Shown piece after piece: positions 42,947-53,537 of a DNA stretch of 64,000 nucleotides. Every line of letters begins with the position of its first letter. Within the stretch, counting starts at the first letter, position 1. Under the pieces are notes generated by a model that saw only the letters and a program-made list of their open reading frames with translations, was not told where the DNA came from and ran no database searches. Made by a program: the position numbers and the translations under genes. The DNA is from an uncultured bacterium (GTDB lineage Bacteria > JAUVQV01 > CAWCAY01), in NCBI GenBank assembly GCA_963793725.1, contig CAWCAY010000002.1, positions 183,196 through 247,195 of the forward strand. The letters run 5' to 3'.

Positions 42947-44020
42947 TTAAATTATGGTCAGGTCCTTCGGACTCCCCGTAAGATTGCGATATCCGGTCTC
43001 CGTTACGACCACCAGGTCCTCAATTCGTACTCCACCATAGCCGGGAAGATAGATGCCGGGTTCCACCGTCACCACCATGCCCGGGGCCAGGGCTTGCTCC
43101 CCTGTTCGTGACAACCTTGGCTCCTCATGGACCTCGATCCCCACGGAATGCCCGAGCCCGTGGCCGAAGTTGTCTCCATAACCGGCGTCCTGGATGTGCC
43201 GGCGTGCCACGGCGTCGACTTCCCGTCCGGTCAGGCCGGGGCGGATTGCTTCCAGGGCCAGCGCTTGAGCATCGGCAACCACCCGGTAGATCTCCCGCCC
43301 CTTTTCATCAAGCGATCCCACGGCCACGGTGCGTGTGATATCCGAGGCGTAGCCGTTCAGACGGGCGCCGAAATCGAAGACGACCAACTCACCGGCGATG
43401 ATTTTCTTTGCCGAGGGCGCTCCATGAGGCAGTGCGCCGCGCGGACCGGAGGCGGCAATAGTGCCGAACGCCATTCCGTCCGCTCCCTCACGGCGGAGGA
43501 GGTATTCGAGTTCGGCGGCAAGGTCATTCTCGCTTGCGCCCGGTCTAATGGAGGGAATAAGGCGCACCCAGGCCCGATCGTTGATCGCGGCGGCCCGCGA
43601 GATCCGATCGATCTCCTCAGGCATTTTCCTGGCCCGGATACCCTCGACCAGGCCGGTTTGGATGACCAGCCTGTCCTGGGGAATGACCTGTGTTAGTTCA
43701 CGGAAGCCAACCACATTAAGGTGATCCCCTTCAATGCCGATCCGGTGAAGGCCGCACTCGGCGAGCCATTTGGCAACCTCGGGCAGGAGACCGACTGCCG
43801 CACATTGCTGCAAGGTGAAAGCCGGTGCTTCCTGGGCTACCTGCTCGAGGTAGCGGAAGTCCGTGAAGATGAATTGCGCATTGTGTGTAATGGCAAGCGC
43901 TCCGTTGCTTCCGGTGAAGCCGCTCAAGTAGTAACGGTTGGCCGGCCCGGTGACGACAAGGCCATCGAGACCCTGCCGGCTGAGTTCCGTGCGGAGCAAC
44001 GCAAGACGTTCAATCGACAT
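42947..44020 (-). CDS. Xaa-Pro aminopeptidase (M24)
   Basis: [26 protein letters not shown] and EPGIY..GVRIED motifs. Confidence 0.92.
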   Translation of the reverse strand: MSIERLALLRTELSRQGLDGLVVTGPANRYYLSGFTGSNGALAITHNAQFIFTDFRYLEQVAQEAPAFTLQQCAAVGLLPEVAKWLAECGLHRIGIEGDHLNVVGFRELTQVIPQDRLVIQTGLVEGIRARKMPEEIDRISRAAAINDRAWVRLIPSIRPGASENDLAAELEYLLRREGADGMAFGTIAASGPRGALPHGAPSAKKIIAGELVVFDFGARLNGYASDITRTVAVGSLDEKGREIYRVVADAQALALEAIRPGLTGREVDAVARRHIQDAGYGDNFGHGLGHSVGIEVHEEPRLSRTGEQALAPGMVVTVEPGIYLPGYGGVRIEDLVVVTETGYRNLTGSPKDLTII

Positions 44021-44110
44021 CGTCCGGTTCACTCCTTTTATGCGCCAAGGCCACGGCAGCCCGCAAACCCAGGAGATAGCTTTCCACCCCAAAGCCGGCA
44101 AGAACCTTTG

Positions 44111-45217
44111 TCATTCCAGCACCTCCGGTCGGACCAGTGCGGACAATTCCTCATGGATTATGGCCTCCGAAATGGAATCGGTGACTATCGCGCGCCCGAT
44201 CTCCGCCGGCAGGACGAATCTAAGCCGGCCGGCCATGGTCTTCTTGTCGAGGAAAAGGGCCTGCATGAGCGGCTGGACTTGATTTTGGGACAAGACCGGC
44301 AGGCGCGGGCCGAGGGTGTCGTACACGATTCGCGTGAGCCGGTCCAGCTCGACATCACTCAGCATTCCCAAACGGCGGGAGAGGCGACCCGCCATGATGA
44401 GACCTAATCCGACCGCTTCGCCGTGCCGCCAGACCCCGTACCCTGCCACCTTTTCCAGGGCGTGTCCAACGGTATGACCCAGGTTGAGCAGGGTTCGCTT
44501 TCCGTGTTCCCGTTCGTCCTCAACGACGATCGCCGCCTTGATCCGGCACGAATGGGCGATACCATCCGTCAGGAGCGCCGTTTCACCGCGGCACATCCCG
44601 ATCAGATTTTCCTCGTACCAGTCAAAATAAGCGGCGTCCAATAATCCATGCTTCAGCATCTCGATCAGACCGGCACGAAATTCCTCGGGCGGTAGCGTGC
44701 GCAGGCTCTCGATGTCGGCCAGGACCAATCGCGGTTGATGAAAAGCGCCGACCAGGTTCTTACCGGCCGGAAGGTTGACCGCCACTTTGCCCCCGATGCT
44801 GCTGTCGATCTGGGCGAGGACTGTCGTCGGCAACTGGACGAAGTTGACGCCACGCAGGTAAGTGGCCGCGACAAAACCGGCCAGGTCACCAATTACTCCG
44901 CCGCCGAGCGCGATCACGGCATCGGACCGGTCCAGGCGCGCCCCCGCAGCCAGTCCGTAGAGGGCTCCGGTCTGATCGAGCGACTTGTACTCCTCACCAT
45001 CGGGCACCAGGGCCTCGTGCACAGCGAATCCCGCACTATTCAGGCTCTCCCTGACCGGAGCCAGGTACCACCGGGCCACGGTGGGATTGGTGACCAGAAG
45101 GACCCGTCCTCGTTGGCCAAGGCGGGCAAGAGTCTCCCCGACCTGAGATAGCAGGCCCGGCCCGACTCTGATACAGTATTCCCTGCCCGGCAGGGGTACC
45201 GGGATTTCCTCAATCAC
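44111..45217 (-). CDS. aroB: 3-dehydroquinate synthase
   Basis: GGGVIGDLAGF, DSSIGGK, KNLVGAF and LNLGHT motifs. Confidence 0.96.
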   Translation of the reverse strand: MIEEIPVPLPGREYCIRVGPGLLSQVGETLARLGQRGRVLLVTNPTVARWYLAPVRESLNSAGFAVHEALVPDGEEYKSLDQTGALYGLAAGARLDRSDAVIALGGGVIGDLAGFVAATYLRGVNFVQLPTTVLAQIDSSIGGKVAVNLPAGKNLVGAFHQPRLVLADIESLRTLPPEEFRAGLIEMLKHGLLDAAYFDWYEENLIGMCRGETALLTDGIAHSCRIKAAIVVEDEREHGKRTLLNLGHTVGHALEKVAGYGVWRHGEAVGLGLIMAGRLSRRLGMLSDVELDRLTRIVYDTLGPRLPVLSQNQVQPLMQALFLDKKTMAGRLRFVLPAEIGRAIVTDSISEAIIHEELSALVRPEVLE

Positions 45218-45755
45218 GTCTCGTTCCCTCCCGCCATTGCGCGCGGCACCACTCGGCGATCTTCCCCGCAATCAGGGAGGGCTCTTGTTCGGTCGTGTCG
45301 ATCACCAGGTGAGCGGCATCCCGATACAGTCGCTCCCTCTTTGCCAGCAGCGCCGCCACGACCTCGGCGGGATTCGGCCCCGCCAGAAGAGGCCGCTCAC
45401 CGTCTCCGTGAACACGGGCCAGGATCGTCGCCAAGCCGGCGGTCAACGCCACGACCAGACAGGTCGAACGCAGGATGGAGACGTTACCCGGGTCGAGAAT
45501 GACTCCTCCTCCGGTAGCCATGACCTGCGCCGGTCTGCCACAAACCTCCGCGAGTACCTGACTTTCCCGCCGCCGGAAACCGGCCTCCCCCTCCAGGGCA
45601 AATATCTCGGGGATCGATCTGCCGGCGCGGGCGGCCAAAGCCATGTCCAGGTCGATGAAGACCAATCCAAGTTCGGCCGCGAGTAAGGCACCGACAGTGG
45701 TCTTGCCGGTGCCCATGAAACCGATGAGCGCCACCCGTCGCCAGCCCTCAGCCAT
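45210..45755 (-). CDS. aroK: Shikimate kinase
   Basis: GFMGTGKTT, FRRRE, ATGGG and RPLL motifs. Confidence 0.95.
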   Translation of the reverse strand: MAEGWRRVALIGFMGTGKTTVGALLAAELGLVFIDLDMALAARAGRSIPEIFALEGEAGFRRRESQVLAEVCGRPAQVMATGGGVILDPGNVSILRSTCLVVALTAGLATILARVHGDGERPLLAGPNPAEVVAALLAKRERLYRDAAHLVIDTTEQEPSLIAGKIAEWCRAQWREGTRRD

Positions 45756-46941
45756 TAATCCGCCACCGCCAGCCGGCCAGGTAAGCGGAGAAAGCCCGTT
45801 CGACCTCCGGCAGTGTATCGCCGCCGAACTTCTCCAGACATGCGTCAGCCAGGACCCAGGCCACCATGGCTTCGGCCACGACGCCCGCCGCAGGCACCAC
45901 GCAGGTGTCGGAACGTTCAACGGCGGCCGGCATGGGTTCGCCGGTCGCCAGGTCCACGCTCGGCAAGGGCTGATAGAGAGTGGGCACGGGTTTGACCGCC
46001 GCGCGAAGCGTCACGGGCTCGCCATTGGTCAGCCCGCCCTCGATACCGCCCGCGTGATTGGTACAGCGGTGGAGCCTGATGCCTTGGCCGATACAGATGG
46101 AATCGTGGGCCTGTGAACCTGGAATGGACGTCAGGGCGAAACCGTCGCCGATTTCAACCCCCTTGACGCTGGGGATACTCATGACGGCGCCGGCCAATCG
46201 CCCATCCAGGCGGCGATCCCATTGCGTGTAGCCCCCCAGCCCGCCGGGCACATCGAGAGCCGCCACGACAAAGGTCCCGCCCAAAGTGTCGCCTGCCGCG
46301 CGCGCGGCATCGATCGCGGCGACCATCTTGTCGCCCGCCTCCGGGTCAACCGTGCGCACGGGGGACATCTCCGCGGAACGCAGGGCATCCCGGGAGGGCA
46401 TGACGCTATGGGCCTCGATCGACCCGATACTGCTGACCCAGGAACCCACGGTCATACCAAGGCTATTGAGCAGGGCGCGCGCCAATGCCCCGGCCACTGT
46501 TCGTGCCGCCGTCTCCCGGGCACTGGCCCGTTCGATCACGTCCCGTAGATCCGACGAGAGACCGTATTTCATCGCCCCCGCCAGGTCGGCATGACCGGGA
46601 CGGGGACACGTCGGCGCAGCCGTCACTCGGGCCAGGTCCGCGGTCGGTCTGAACTCCCCGGGAGATCCGGCCGCATCCATGAGCGGCCGCCATGTCTCCC
46701 AGTGCCGATGCCGCAACAATACGGCCACCGGTCCCCCGGTCGTTCGGCCGGTTCGCACGCCGGCCAGGATCTCGATTTGTTCAGGTTCGGTGGAAGCGCG
46801 CGGGCCACGACCATAGCCCGCCTGTCGCCGCAGCAGATCCCGGCTGAGGTCATCGACGGACACGGGCAGTCCTCGGGGGAGTCCTTCGGCGATTGCCACC
46901 AAACCAGGCCCGTGCGATTCACCGGCCGTCAGAAAACGCAT
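45748..46941 (-). CDS. aroC: Chorismate synthase
   Basis: TAGESHG, PRPGHAD, ERASARETA and ERSD motifs. Confidence 0.97.
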   Translation of the reverse strand: MRFLTAGESHGPGLVAIAEGLPRGLPVSVDDLSRDLLRRQAGYGRGPRASTEPEQIEILAGVRTGRTTGGPVAVLLRHRHWETWRPLMDAAGSPGEFRPTADLARVTAAPTCPRPGHADLAGAMKYGLSSDLRDVIERASARETAARTVAGALARALLNSLGMTVGSWVSSIGSIEAHSVMPSRDALRSAEMSPVRTVDPEAGDKMVAAIDAARAAGDTLGGTFVVAALDVPGGLGGYTQWDRRLDGRLAGAVMSIPSVKGVEIGDGFALTSIPGSQAHDSICIGQGIRLHRCTNHAGGIEGGLTNGEPVTLRAAVKPVPTLYQPLPSVDLATGEPMPAAVERSDTCVVPAAGVVAEAMVAWVLADACLEKFGGDTLPEVERAFSAYLAGWRWRING

Positions 46942-46944
46942 CCG

Positions 46945-47232
46945 TCAACCCCCGTCGACCTCGTTATGCCTTGGCTGCGACGCCACCGTCCGGCTGGCAT
47001 CCAAGATCGCCACCAGGGCATCAGCGCGCACTTGACGGTCTTCACGAGAGATACGCGTCAGGACGTCCCCTTCGGTCGTCGCCGCATAGAGTCCCCGCAG
47101 GTTGGTCAAGGCCAGAGCGATCGTATCGAGCCGGCATTGTCCGCAACGACAGACCTCACTGTGCTGTCGCGCGAAGTCGTCGTAGACGGCCACCACGACG
47201 TCCTCCATATAGTTCTTGAGGTTCAAAAACAT
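46945..47232 (-). CDS. comFB: ComFB family protein
   Basis: KNYME..V, C.C..C.LD..ALAL..L and V...PRH motifs. Confidence 0.85.
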   Translation of the reverse strand: MFLNLKNYMEDVVVAVYDDFARQHSEVCRCGQCRLDTIALALTNLRGLYAATTEGDVLTRISREDRQVRADALVAILDASRTVASQPRHNEVDGG

Positions 47233-47264
47233 CCCTCCCCACGGCAATCCCGTGTATGACCCAC

Positions 47265-49209
47265 TCAATACTGCTTGTTCACGATGCGGTCCACCGGACA
47301 GGGAAGGATGATCACTTGCCCAACCTCGATCGCCTCCGGGTCCTTGAGCCCATTGATCTCGATCAGGAGGTCCAGGGATACGCCGTACCTTTTGGCGACC
47401 CGCCACAGAGTCTCTTTGGGCTGGACGACGTACTTGTGGCTGTCGGGAATCGGCACGAGCAATTGCTGCCCGGGCCGGATGGTCGCCTTGGCGTTTAGTT
47501 TGTTATAGGCGGCGATCTCCGTCCAGGGCACGCCGAATTTCCTTCCGATGGAGGCCAGGGTTTCCCCTTTCTTGACATGGTATGCCTGATGCTCTGATCT
47601 CCTCGGGCCGCGGCAGTCTGGGTCCAACGGTGCCGGGCGGCGTAGTTGCCGCCGGAGCGATGACCGTGGGCGTGGGCTCGGGCGTCGGACTCACGTCGGG
47701 CACCAGGGGAAAGGGCGTCCCAAAGAGGAGCCGGGGTGGTTTCCGGACTTGCGACCGGTAAAACAGTACTATCGGGCGTGGGTTTGGGACCAGGCGTGGT
47801 CTCTACCAGGGAGGACGGGGAACTCAATGGTACCGCAGCACCCGCCTCACCTGCCGCGCCGGCCAACTCCTCCAGTGAGGGACCGCCTTCCTCTGGCCCC
47901 GTGGGAGGTGTAACTGCAGGCCCAGGCGACGCCTTCGGTGGAGTGGTGGGTTGCACGTTGGACAGGGGCGTGGGTCCGGCGTTCGGCTGTATCGTTGCAG
48001 CCGGCGTTGGCGAGGGCGCCACAGAGGACTCGCACCCGGACGACGCTCGTCATCCGTCACCTTCCTGATATGCGGGGTGAGGAAGACACAGATTACCGTG
48101 TTCTTGACCTCCGTCTTCTTGTTCTTGAAGAGGAGGGACAGGACGGGTATCTTGTCGAGCAAAGGCACACCGGTCGTACCGGTCGTGTCGTCGCGGCGGA
48201 TGAGGCCGGTAAGGACAAAGGTTTGCCCGTCCCGCAGGCGCGCCATCGACTCAGTGGTGCGCGAACGGATGACGGGCATCTTACCGGCGCCGGTCTCGAT
48301 ATTTTGGGTGATCGAGCTGACATCCGCCTTGACCGATACGGTAACGATGTTCTCCAGATTGACTCGCGGTTTGACGGTGAGCTTGGTCCCGATCTCCACG
48401 TATTCAGTGGTATATTGGGTTTCGTTATTAGTCTTACGCTCTATGGTTACCGGATAACGGTCGCCGATGAAGATGGTCGCTTCCTGCGAATCGAGGGAAC
48501 TCGTATTGGGCTGGGCCAGCAGGACCGCCTTGTTCGCCGTTTCCAGCGCATTCAGGGTCGCCGTTACCTCGGGGTAGGAGACGACGGAAAAACCGGAACC
48601 GATCCCGAATTCATAGTCCGCATTCCACTTCAGGCCGAGTTCCCGCATGCTATCCTCGACCACTTCCTCCATGCGCGCTTCGATGTTGACCTGGGGCATG
48701 GGATGATCCATCTGGCTGATGATCTCCTCCGCATTGGCCATCTCGAGCGCGGAACCATAGATGGTAATCTGATTGGTGCGCGGGTTGGGGGCCATCAACT
48801 TGGGGTCAACCACGACCTTAAGGGCGTCAAGGATCTCGGTCACCGTCGAGTAATACAGGGTGAATACCCTCGTAATCCTGTCGGTCGCGTCGAAGTTCGT
48901 CTTGAGTGTGCCGGACTTACCGATCACGACCGTCTGATTGTTTTCCATCCAGCGCAAGTCGTACTGGTAGGTCCGGGCGATCAGACCGATGGCTTCGCGC
49001 ACCGTCATCCCCTGCCGTAGAGAAATGGTGACCGTTCCCCGTACTTCCTTGGTCAATAGGACATTATACTCCCCGGCCAAGCCAAGGCTGCGGAAGACAT
49101 CGCGCAGGTCAGCTTCCACGAAATCCATATTGTCCACGATCGGTTCCGCCGCCGCCAGCCATCTGGCACCGCAAATCGCCCCGATGGCGGCAAGGAGCAA
49201 TGACCGCAA
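47265..49209 (-). CDS. pilQ: PilQ-like secretin, probably fused through a Pro/Thr linker to two LysM domains (frameshifts)
   Basis: QVNIEARMEEV, A.IFIGD, IG..L.V.PRV, DGQT..L.GL, P.L..IPVL..LF and FLTPHI; then a P/T-rich tract and YHVKKGETL / YVVQPKETL. Confidence 0.8.
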
Positions 49210-49221
49210 AGAGCCGCCGCC

Positions 49222-49890
49222 TCATGGTTTCTTCCCCCCCAAGACCAACACGAGTTCTTTTACTCCCGAGGCAATGATCACTCGATCGTCCCCGATCTCA
49301 CGGACAGTGTAGTTCGTTTTTTCCAGGGCGTCACCGGCACCGACAAAATAGACCTTCGTACCGTTCACGATTACCGCCAGGGATTTGGACTGGTAACGGA
49401 CGATCCCCCTGAGGACGTAACCCTCGTTGGGCGGACCCTGTGAATTGGGTCGGCCCGTATGGTCACCCTCTGGGCCGCTTGACGCGGCGGGAGTGCCTGC
49501 CGTGGCCTGGGCCCCCCTGCAGGTTCTGCAGGCGGGTGCGCAGATCTTCCATTGTCGCCTCACCCGTGCCACTGGCGGCCGAGTTCCGGGGCCTTTCGCC
49601 ACGGCTACTGCCCCGAGCGGGGCAAAAGGATTGGCCCGCCCAAAACGGACGAGAAAGGAGGCTAATGGATCGTCGGGCTTTGCTTCATCCGCCGAAGGCG
49701 CGGCGTGGGTGACGATGGCGGGAGGGGAGGTATCCACCACGGTGGGAACGACGCCCGTCCCCGGAGGGCCACCTCCGAAAATGCCCGGGAAGATCAAGAG
49801 TATGGCCGTGGCGACCAGTCCCAGGCCGGCGACGATCAGGACAACCGGACTGATCCCGAGTCCTTTGGCTTTCGTTTCCACTTCCGCCAC
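49222..49890 (-). CDS. PilP-like protein
   Basis: TM helix, GRANPF and L.GI..LAVI..V.AGD; lies between pilO and the secretin. Confidence 0.6.
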   Translation of the reverse strand: MAEVETKAKGLGISPVVLIVAGLGLVATAILLIFPGIFGGGPPGTGVVPTVVDTSPPAIVTHAAPSADEAKPDDPLASFLVRFGRANPFAPLGAVAVAKGPGTRPPVARVRRQWKICAPACRTCRGAQATAGTPAASSGPEGDHTGRPNSQGPPNEGYVLRGIVRYQSKSLAVIVNGTKVYFVGAGDALEKTNYTVREIGDDRVIIASGVKELVLVLGGKKP

Positions 49891-49963
49891 GCGCCGTCCC
49901 TCCCCGGGCCAACCGATTTATAATAGCGGATTATAAGCACTAAATGGGGGAGAACACCCCCAC

Positions 49964-50509
49964 CTACTGGTTGGCAAAGAAGACGACCATGTTGAACTGA
50001 CAATTGAGGATCGGGTCATTGCCCCCGCCGGCACGCGACAACGAAAAGTCCTTGACGCCGATCAAACGGCGGGCGGAGCGGAGGGCGTCAAACATGCGCA
50101 GCGTCTCGGCATAGGTTCCCCGGGATGAGACCGCCACGATCTTTTGACTCAGCTCCGGTACCTCCGGCGCCGGACCAACGGCACCCGGCGTATAGCTAAC
50201 CAGATCGACCCCGGCCGCCTCAAGCATGGTGGCGGTATCCCGCAGCAACTGCGGTAGTTCTTGACCACGCGGTACCAAGCGGTCGTAGTCCTCCTGAAGC
50301 TTCTTGGCCTCCGTCAGCCGCTGTTCGATCGCCGCCAGATCGCGGACCTTCTCCTCCACTCGCTGCAGGTCCGCGGCCTTTACCGCCTTCTCCGCCTTGA
50401 GCTTGTCGACGTCCTTGAAGTACCATTCCGAACCGAGCCAGCCCCCGACTCCGACCACCAAGACAAGGAGGACGAGCAAGAGAATCCGCTCGCGGCGCAC
50501 GAGGGTCAC
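49964..50509 (-). CDS. pilO: Type IV pilus assembly protein PilO
   Basis: TM helix plus coiled coil; GTY...F..L...RL motif; synteny. Confidence 0.8.
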   Translation of the reverse strand: MTLVRRERILLLVLLVLVVGVGGWLGSEWYFKDVDKLKAEKAVKAADLQRVEEKVRDLAAIEQRLTEAKKLQEDYDRLVPRGQELPQLLRDTATMLEAAGVDLVSYTPGAVGPAPEVPELSQKIVAVSSRGTYAETLRMFDALRSARRLIGVKDFSLSRAGGGNDPILNCQFNMVVFFANQ

Positions 50510-51048
50510 GGCAAAATCGCCCCCTCACGGAAATTGCAGGACATGTTGAAACCGACCCCCGCATCCTGCTTGGCAGCCCCGGCGAGGACGACGTTATAGA
50601 ACTGCGTGCTCAAATCCAGTTTGAGATGAAGGGCGGCCACCGCGTAGTAATCGGAGGCAGACCCATTGATGTTGACCGTACGGTCGGCGCCCAACGTAAA
50701 GTTCGTATAGCTCACACTCTCTGGTATGAGTCCCTCCATCAGCCGGAGGGCCCTCCCCGGATCGAGAAGATTGGTGACGAGCTTTTGCCGTCCCGCCAGC
50801 TTTTTCTCGATCTGCGCCAGGGTCGTTTCCATCCCAATCACTTTGTCATAGAGAGGGCCGTATTCGATCCGCTTCTGGGTGATTACCTCGATGTCCCCGA
50901 TGAGGTTCTGCCGGTAGATCCACGCCCAGACCACCCCGCCCACCACGGTAATGACCACCACGAAGATGACGAAGAGCGCCAACAATCGCAGGGGCCTTAC
51001 CTGTGGCTGGGGCCGTAGCTCCGGAGGGAGCAGGTTGATGCGGATCAT
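50506..51048 (-). CDS. pilN: Type IV pilus assembly protein PilN
   Basis: MIRINLLP signature. Confidence 0.9.
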   Translation of the reverse strand: MIRINLLPPELRPQPQVRPLRLLALFVIFVVVITVVGGVVWAWIYRQNLIGDIEVITQKRIEYGPLYDKVIGMETTLAQIEKKLAGRQKLVTNLLDPGRALRLMEGLIPESVSYTNFTLGADRTVNINGSASDYYAVAALHLKLDLSTQFYNVVLAGAAKQDAGVGFNMSCNFREGAILP

Positions 51049-52121
51049 TCCGCCTGCACCCCCCGCAGGGCCAAGCCGATCGCCACGCAGAAGATCGGCC
51101 CGGCATTGGCCAACAGTTCGGGCGCGCAATTGCGCGAACTGGGATGCAACATGGCCAAGGGATCGCCGGCCTCCACACGCACGCCCAGTTCACGTTCGAG
51201 AAAGGTCACCATGTTCCGCAGCATCGTCCCACCGCCCGTGGCCACCAAACGTGCTACCTCCTCGTGGTATTGCAGGCGGAAATAGTCGATGGAACGCCGG
51301 ATCTCCGTAACCAATTCACCCATGACCGCACCGATCACGGAACTCACCTGGGCGTCCTCCGGGGTATCGAATTTCTGGTCCTGACCGAGCGGCACCTGTC
51401 CGCGGGAGAGCTTAAGTGCCTCCGCTTCCTCCTCGGACATGCCGAGGCGGCCGGCGATCGCCCTGGTAAAATAGGTCCCTCCGATCGGGATGATCCTCGT
51501 AAAGCGCAGGACCTCTTCGCGAAAGATGACCAGGTCGGTGGTACCGGCGCCGATGTCAATCAGGGCAATATTGGCGGCCTGGCCGTCCAAGGGGGTCGAG
51601 AGATAGGCGTTGAGCGAGCGGGCGAGGGCAAAGGGCTGGACATCGATGGCGGCGGGTTGAAGTTTGGCCGCCTTGAGCACGGCCACGTGGCTGTCGATGA
51701 TGCCCCGCTGCGCCGCGACGAGCATGATCTCCTGCTCCCCGGTTTCCGTGGCTTCGCCGACCACGTCAAAGTCCATGACCGCCTCGGTGACGGGGAAGGG
51801 GATATAGCGCTCGGCTTCCCACTTGATGGCCTCCGCCAGTTGGGACCGGGGCATGGCCGGGAACTTCAGCGAGCGGACGACCACGGCTTGTCCGGCCACG
51901 GCCGGCATGACGTGGTTCGTCGTGATCCGGGCCTGCCGGAGGAGCCTGGTCACGATCTGCGTCACTACCGCGATGTCGCGCACCGTCCCGCCCTCGATGG
52001 CGCCGATGGGCACGGGCGCAACGCCGACACGGTTGATGATGTAGCTGTCGCCAGCCGGGCTCAACTGGACCGCCTTGACGGCACTCGTGCCTATGTCCAG
52101 ACCGACGCAGGTTTTTGCCAT
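51045..52121 (-). CDS. pilM: Type IV pilus assembly protein PilM
   Basis: VGLDIG, IPFP, IDIGAGTT and A.GLALRG motifs. Confidence 0.95.
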   Translation of the reverse strand: MAKTCVGLDIGTSAVKAVQLSPAGDSYIINRVGVAPVPIGAIEGGTVRDIAVVTQIVTRLLRQARITTNHVMPAVAGQAVVVRSLKFPAMPRSQLAEAIKWEAERYIPFPVTEAVMDFDVVGEATETGEQEIMLVAAQRGIIDSHVAVLKAAKLQPAAIDVQPFALARSLNAYLSTPLDGQAANIALIDIGAGTTDLVIFREEVLRFTRIIPIGGTYFTRAIAGRLGMSEEEAEALKLSRGQVPLGQDQKFDTPEDAQVSSVIGAVMGELVTEIRRSIDYFRLQYHEEVARLVATGGGTMLRNMVTFLERELGVRVEAGDPLAMLHPSSRNCAPELLANAGPIFCVAIGLALRGVQAE

Positions 52122-52211
52122 CGGAGTTGCCTCGCCCTCCTTGCTTGTCCGCCCTGACGCCGAACCGCTCCCTATATTACTTCGCAGTTAGGCTCCGGTT
52201 AAGGTCCACTC

Positions 52212-52964
52212 TTAAAAACCGAAGATCGGCCCGAGCCAGGTCCACCACGGCCAGATAACCAGAACAAGACCGGCGGCGGCCAAGTAAGGGCCAAAGGGCA
52301 TTGGTTGGCTTCGCCGCAATCGGCCCAAGGCCATCATGATCGCCCCCGCCAGGGCGCCCAGGAGGCTCCCGAGAAAAATGGTGAAGAGCGCCCCCTGCCA
52401 GCCCAGAAAGGATCCGATCATTCCCAGTAATTCGACGTCCCCCAGGCCCAAACCCTCTTTTTTTAGTAAAAACAAGGCCCCAAAATACACGGCCAGTAAG
52501 GACCCGCCGCCCACCAGGGCGCCTACCAGGGCGTTTGTCAGGTCTCCCCGTACGAGCCCATAGAGGAGCCCCAGGCCCAGGCCCGGCAAGACCAGCACGT
52601 CCGGGATGAACATCGTTCCAAGGTCGATACCCGCGATCGCGATGAGGAGCGCGGCAGACGCGGCAAAGACGGCAAAGTCCAGGCCTAAACCAAAACGCCG
52701 GACCAGAAGGAGAAAGGTAATCCCGGTCAGGGCTTCGACCAACGGGTACCGCCAGGAAATGCCCGCCCCGCAGTACCGGCACCGTCCGCGCAGGAGGAGG
52801 TAGCTCAGGACGGGGATGAGGTCCGCCGGCCCCAGCACATGCCCGCAACCCGGGCAGGCCGAGCGCGGCTTGATGATCGACGCCCCCTGCGGCAGGCGGT
52901 GGATGACGACATTAAGAAAGCTCCCGACGACCAGGCCCAAGAGCAAGGCCAAGATGCCCTCCAT
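52212..52964 (-). CDS. pilD: Prepilin peptidase
   Basis: GSFLNVVIHRLP, two CxxC, GLGDV and PFGPYL motifs. Confidence 0.95.
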   Translation of the reverse strand: MEGILALLLGLVVGSFLNVVIHRLPQGASIIKPRSACPGCGHVLGPADLIPVLSYLLLRGRCRYCGAGISWRYPLVEALTGITFLLLVRRFGLGLDFAVFAASAALLIAIAGIDLGTMFIPDVLVLPGLGLGLLYGLVRGDLTNALVGALVGGGSLLAVYFGALFLLKKEGLGLGDVELLGMIGSFLGWQGALFTIFLGSLLGALAGAIMMALGRLRRSQPMPFGPYLAAAGLVLVIWPWWTWLGPIFGF

Positions 52965-53052
52965 AACGATGGCCGATCACCCCCGGTTGATAATGACAAA
53001 TAGAGAAGAGCGGCGGGATGCCCCGCCGCCCGTCGCAAATGTATCGCATAGT

Positions 53053-53444
53053 CTAGTTGTGTCCAGTACCGATGCGACCGAATTGCGCATGCTCACCGCA
53101 CTCGACCAAGGCCGTCTCAGAGGTTGCATCAACACCTACAGTATAGGGGGTCCGCTCCGTGGTTCGTGGGAAGGCCCTTCAGGTAACCCTGAGTGATCAG
53201 CTGACTTGTGGCAGCCGACCACTGTTGAATCGGCCCAGGTTGAACCGGTGTCGAGGAAGTACATCTCCGCCGCTTTTTTAATTTCGCCCATCTTACTGTT
53301 GCAGGCCCGATTGGTTGCTCTGGCGCGGCTGTAGTTCAACCGGGAGAGGGCGAGCATGACCAGGATGCCGAGGATCGCCAGGACGATGATGAGTTCCACC
53401 AGGGTAAAACCGCGTGCACGCCGTTCATGTAATTTCACGAACAT
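53053..53444 (-). CDS. Type IV pilin (probable major pilin), frameshifted
   Basis: RG|FTLVEL prepilin motif; C-terminal VECGEH in a shifted frame; GGAGG RBS. Confidence 0.8.
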
Positions 53445-53537
53445 CTCTGTTCTCACCTCCTTCCTCTCCGGATATGCAAGGGCCTGACGAGGGCGAGACC
53501 CATGAGCCGAGCCCCGCAGAACCCCATCCCGAGCGTG

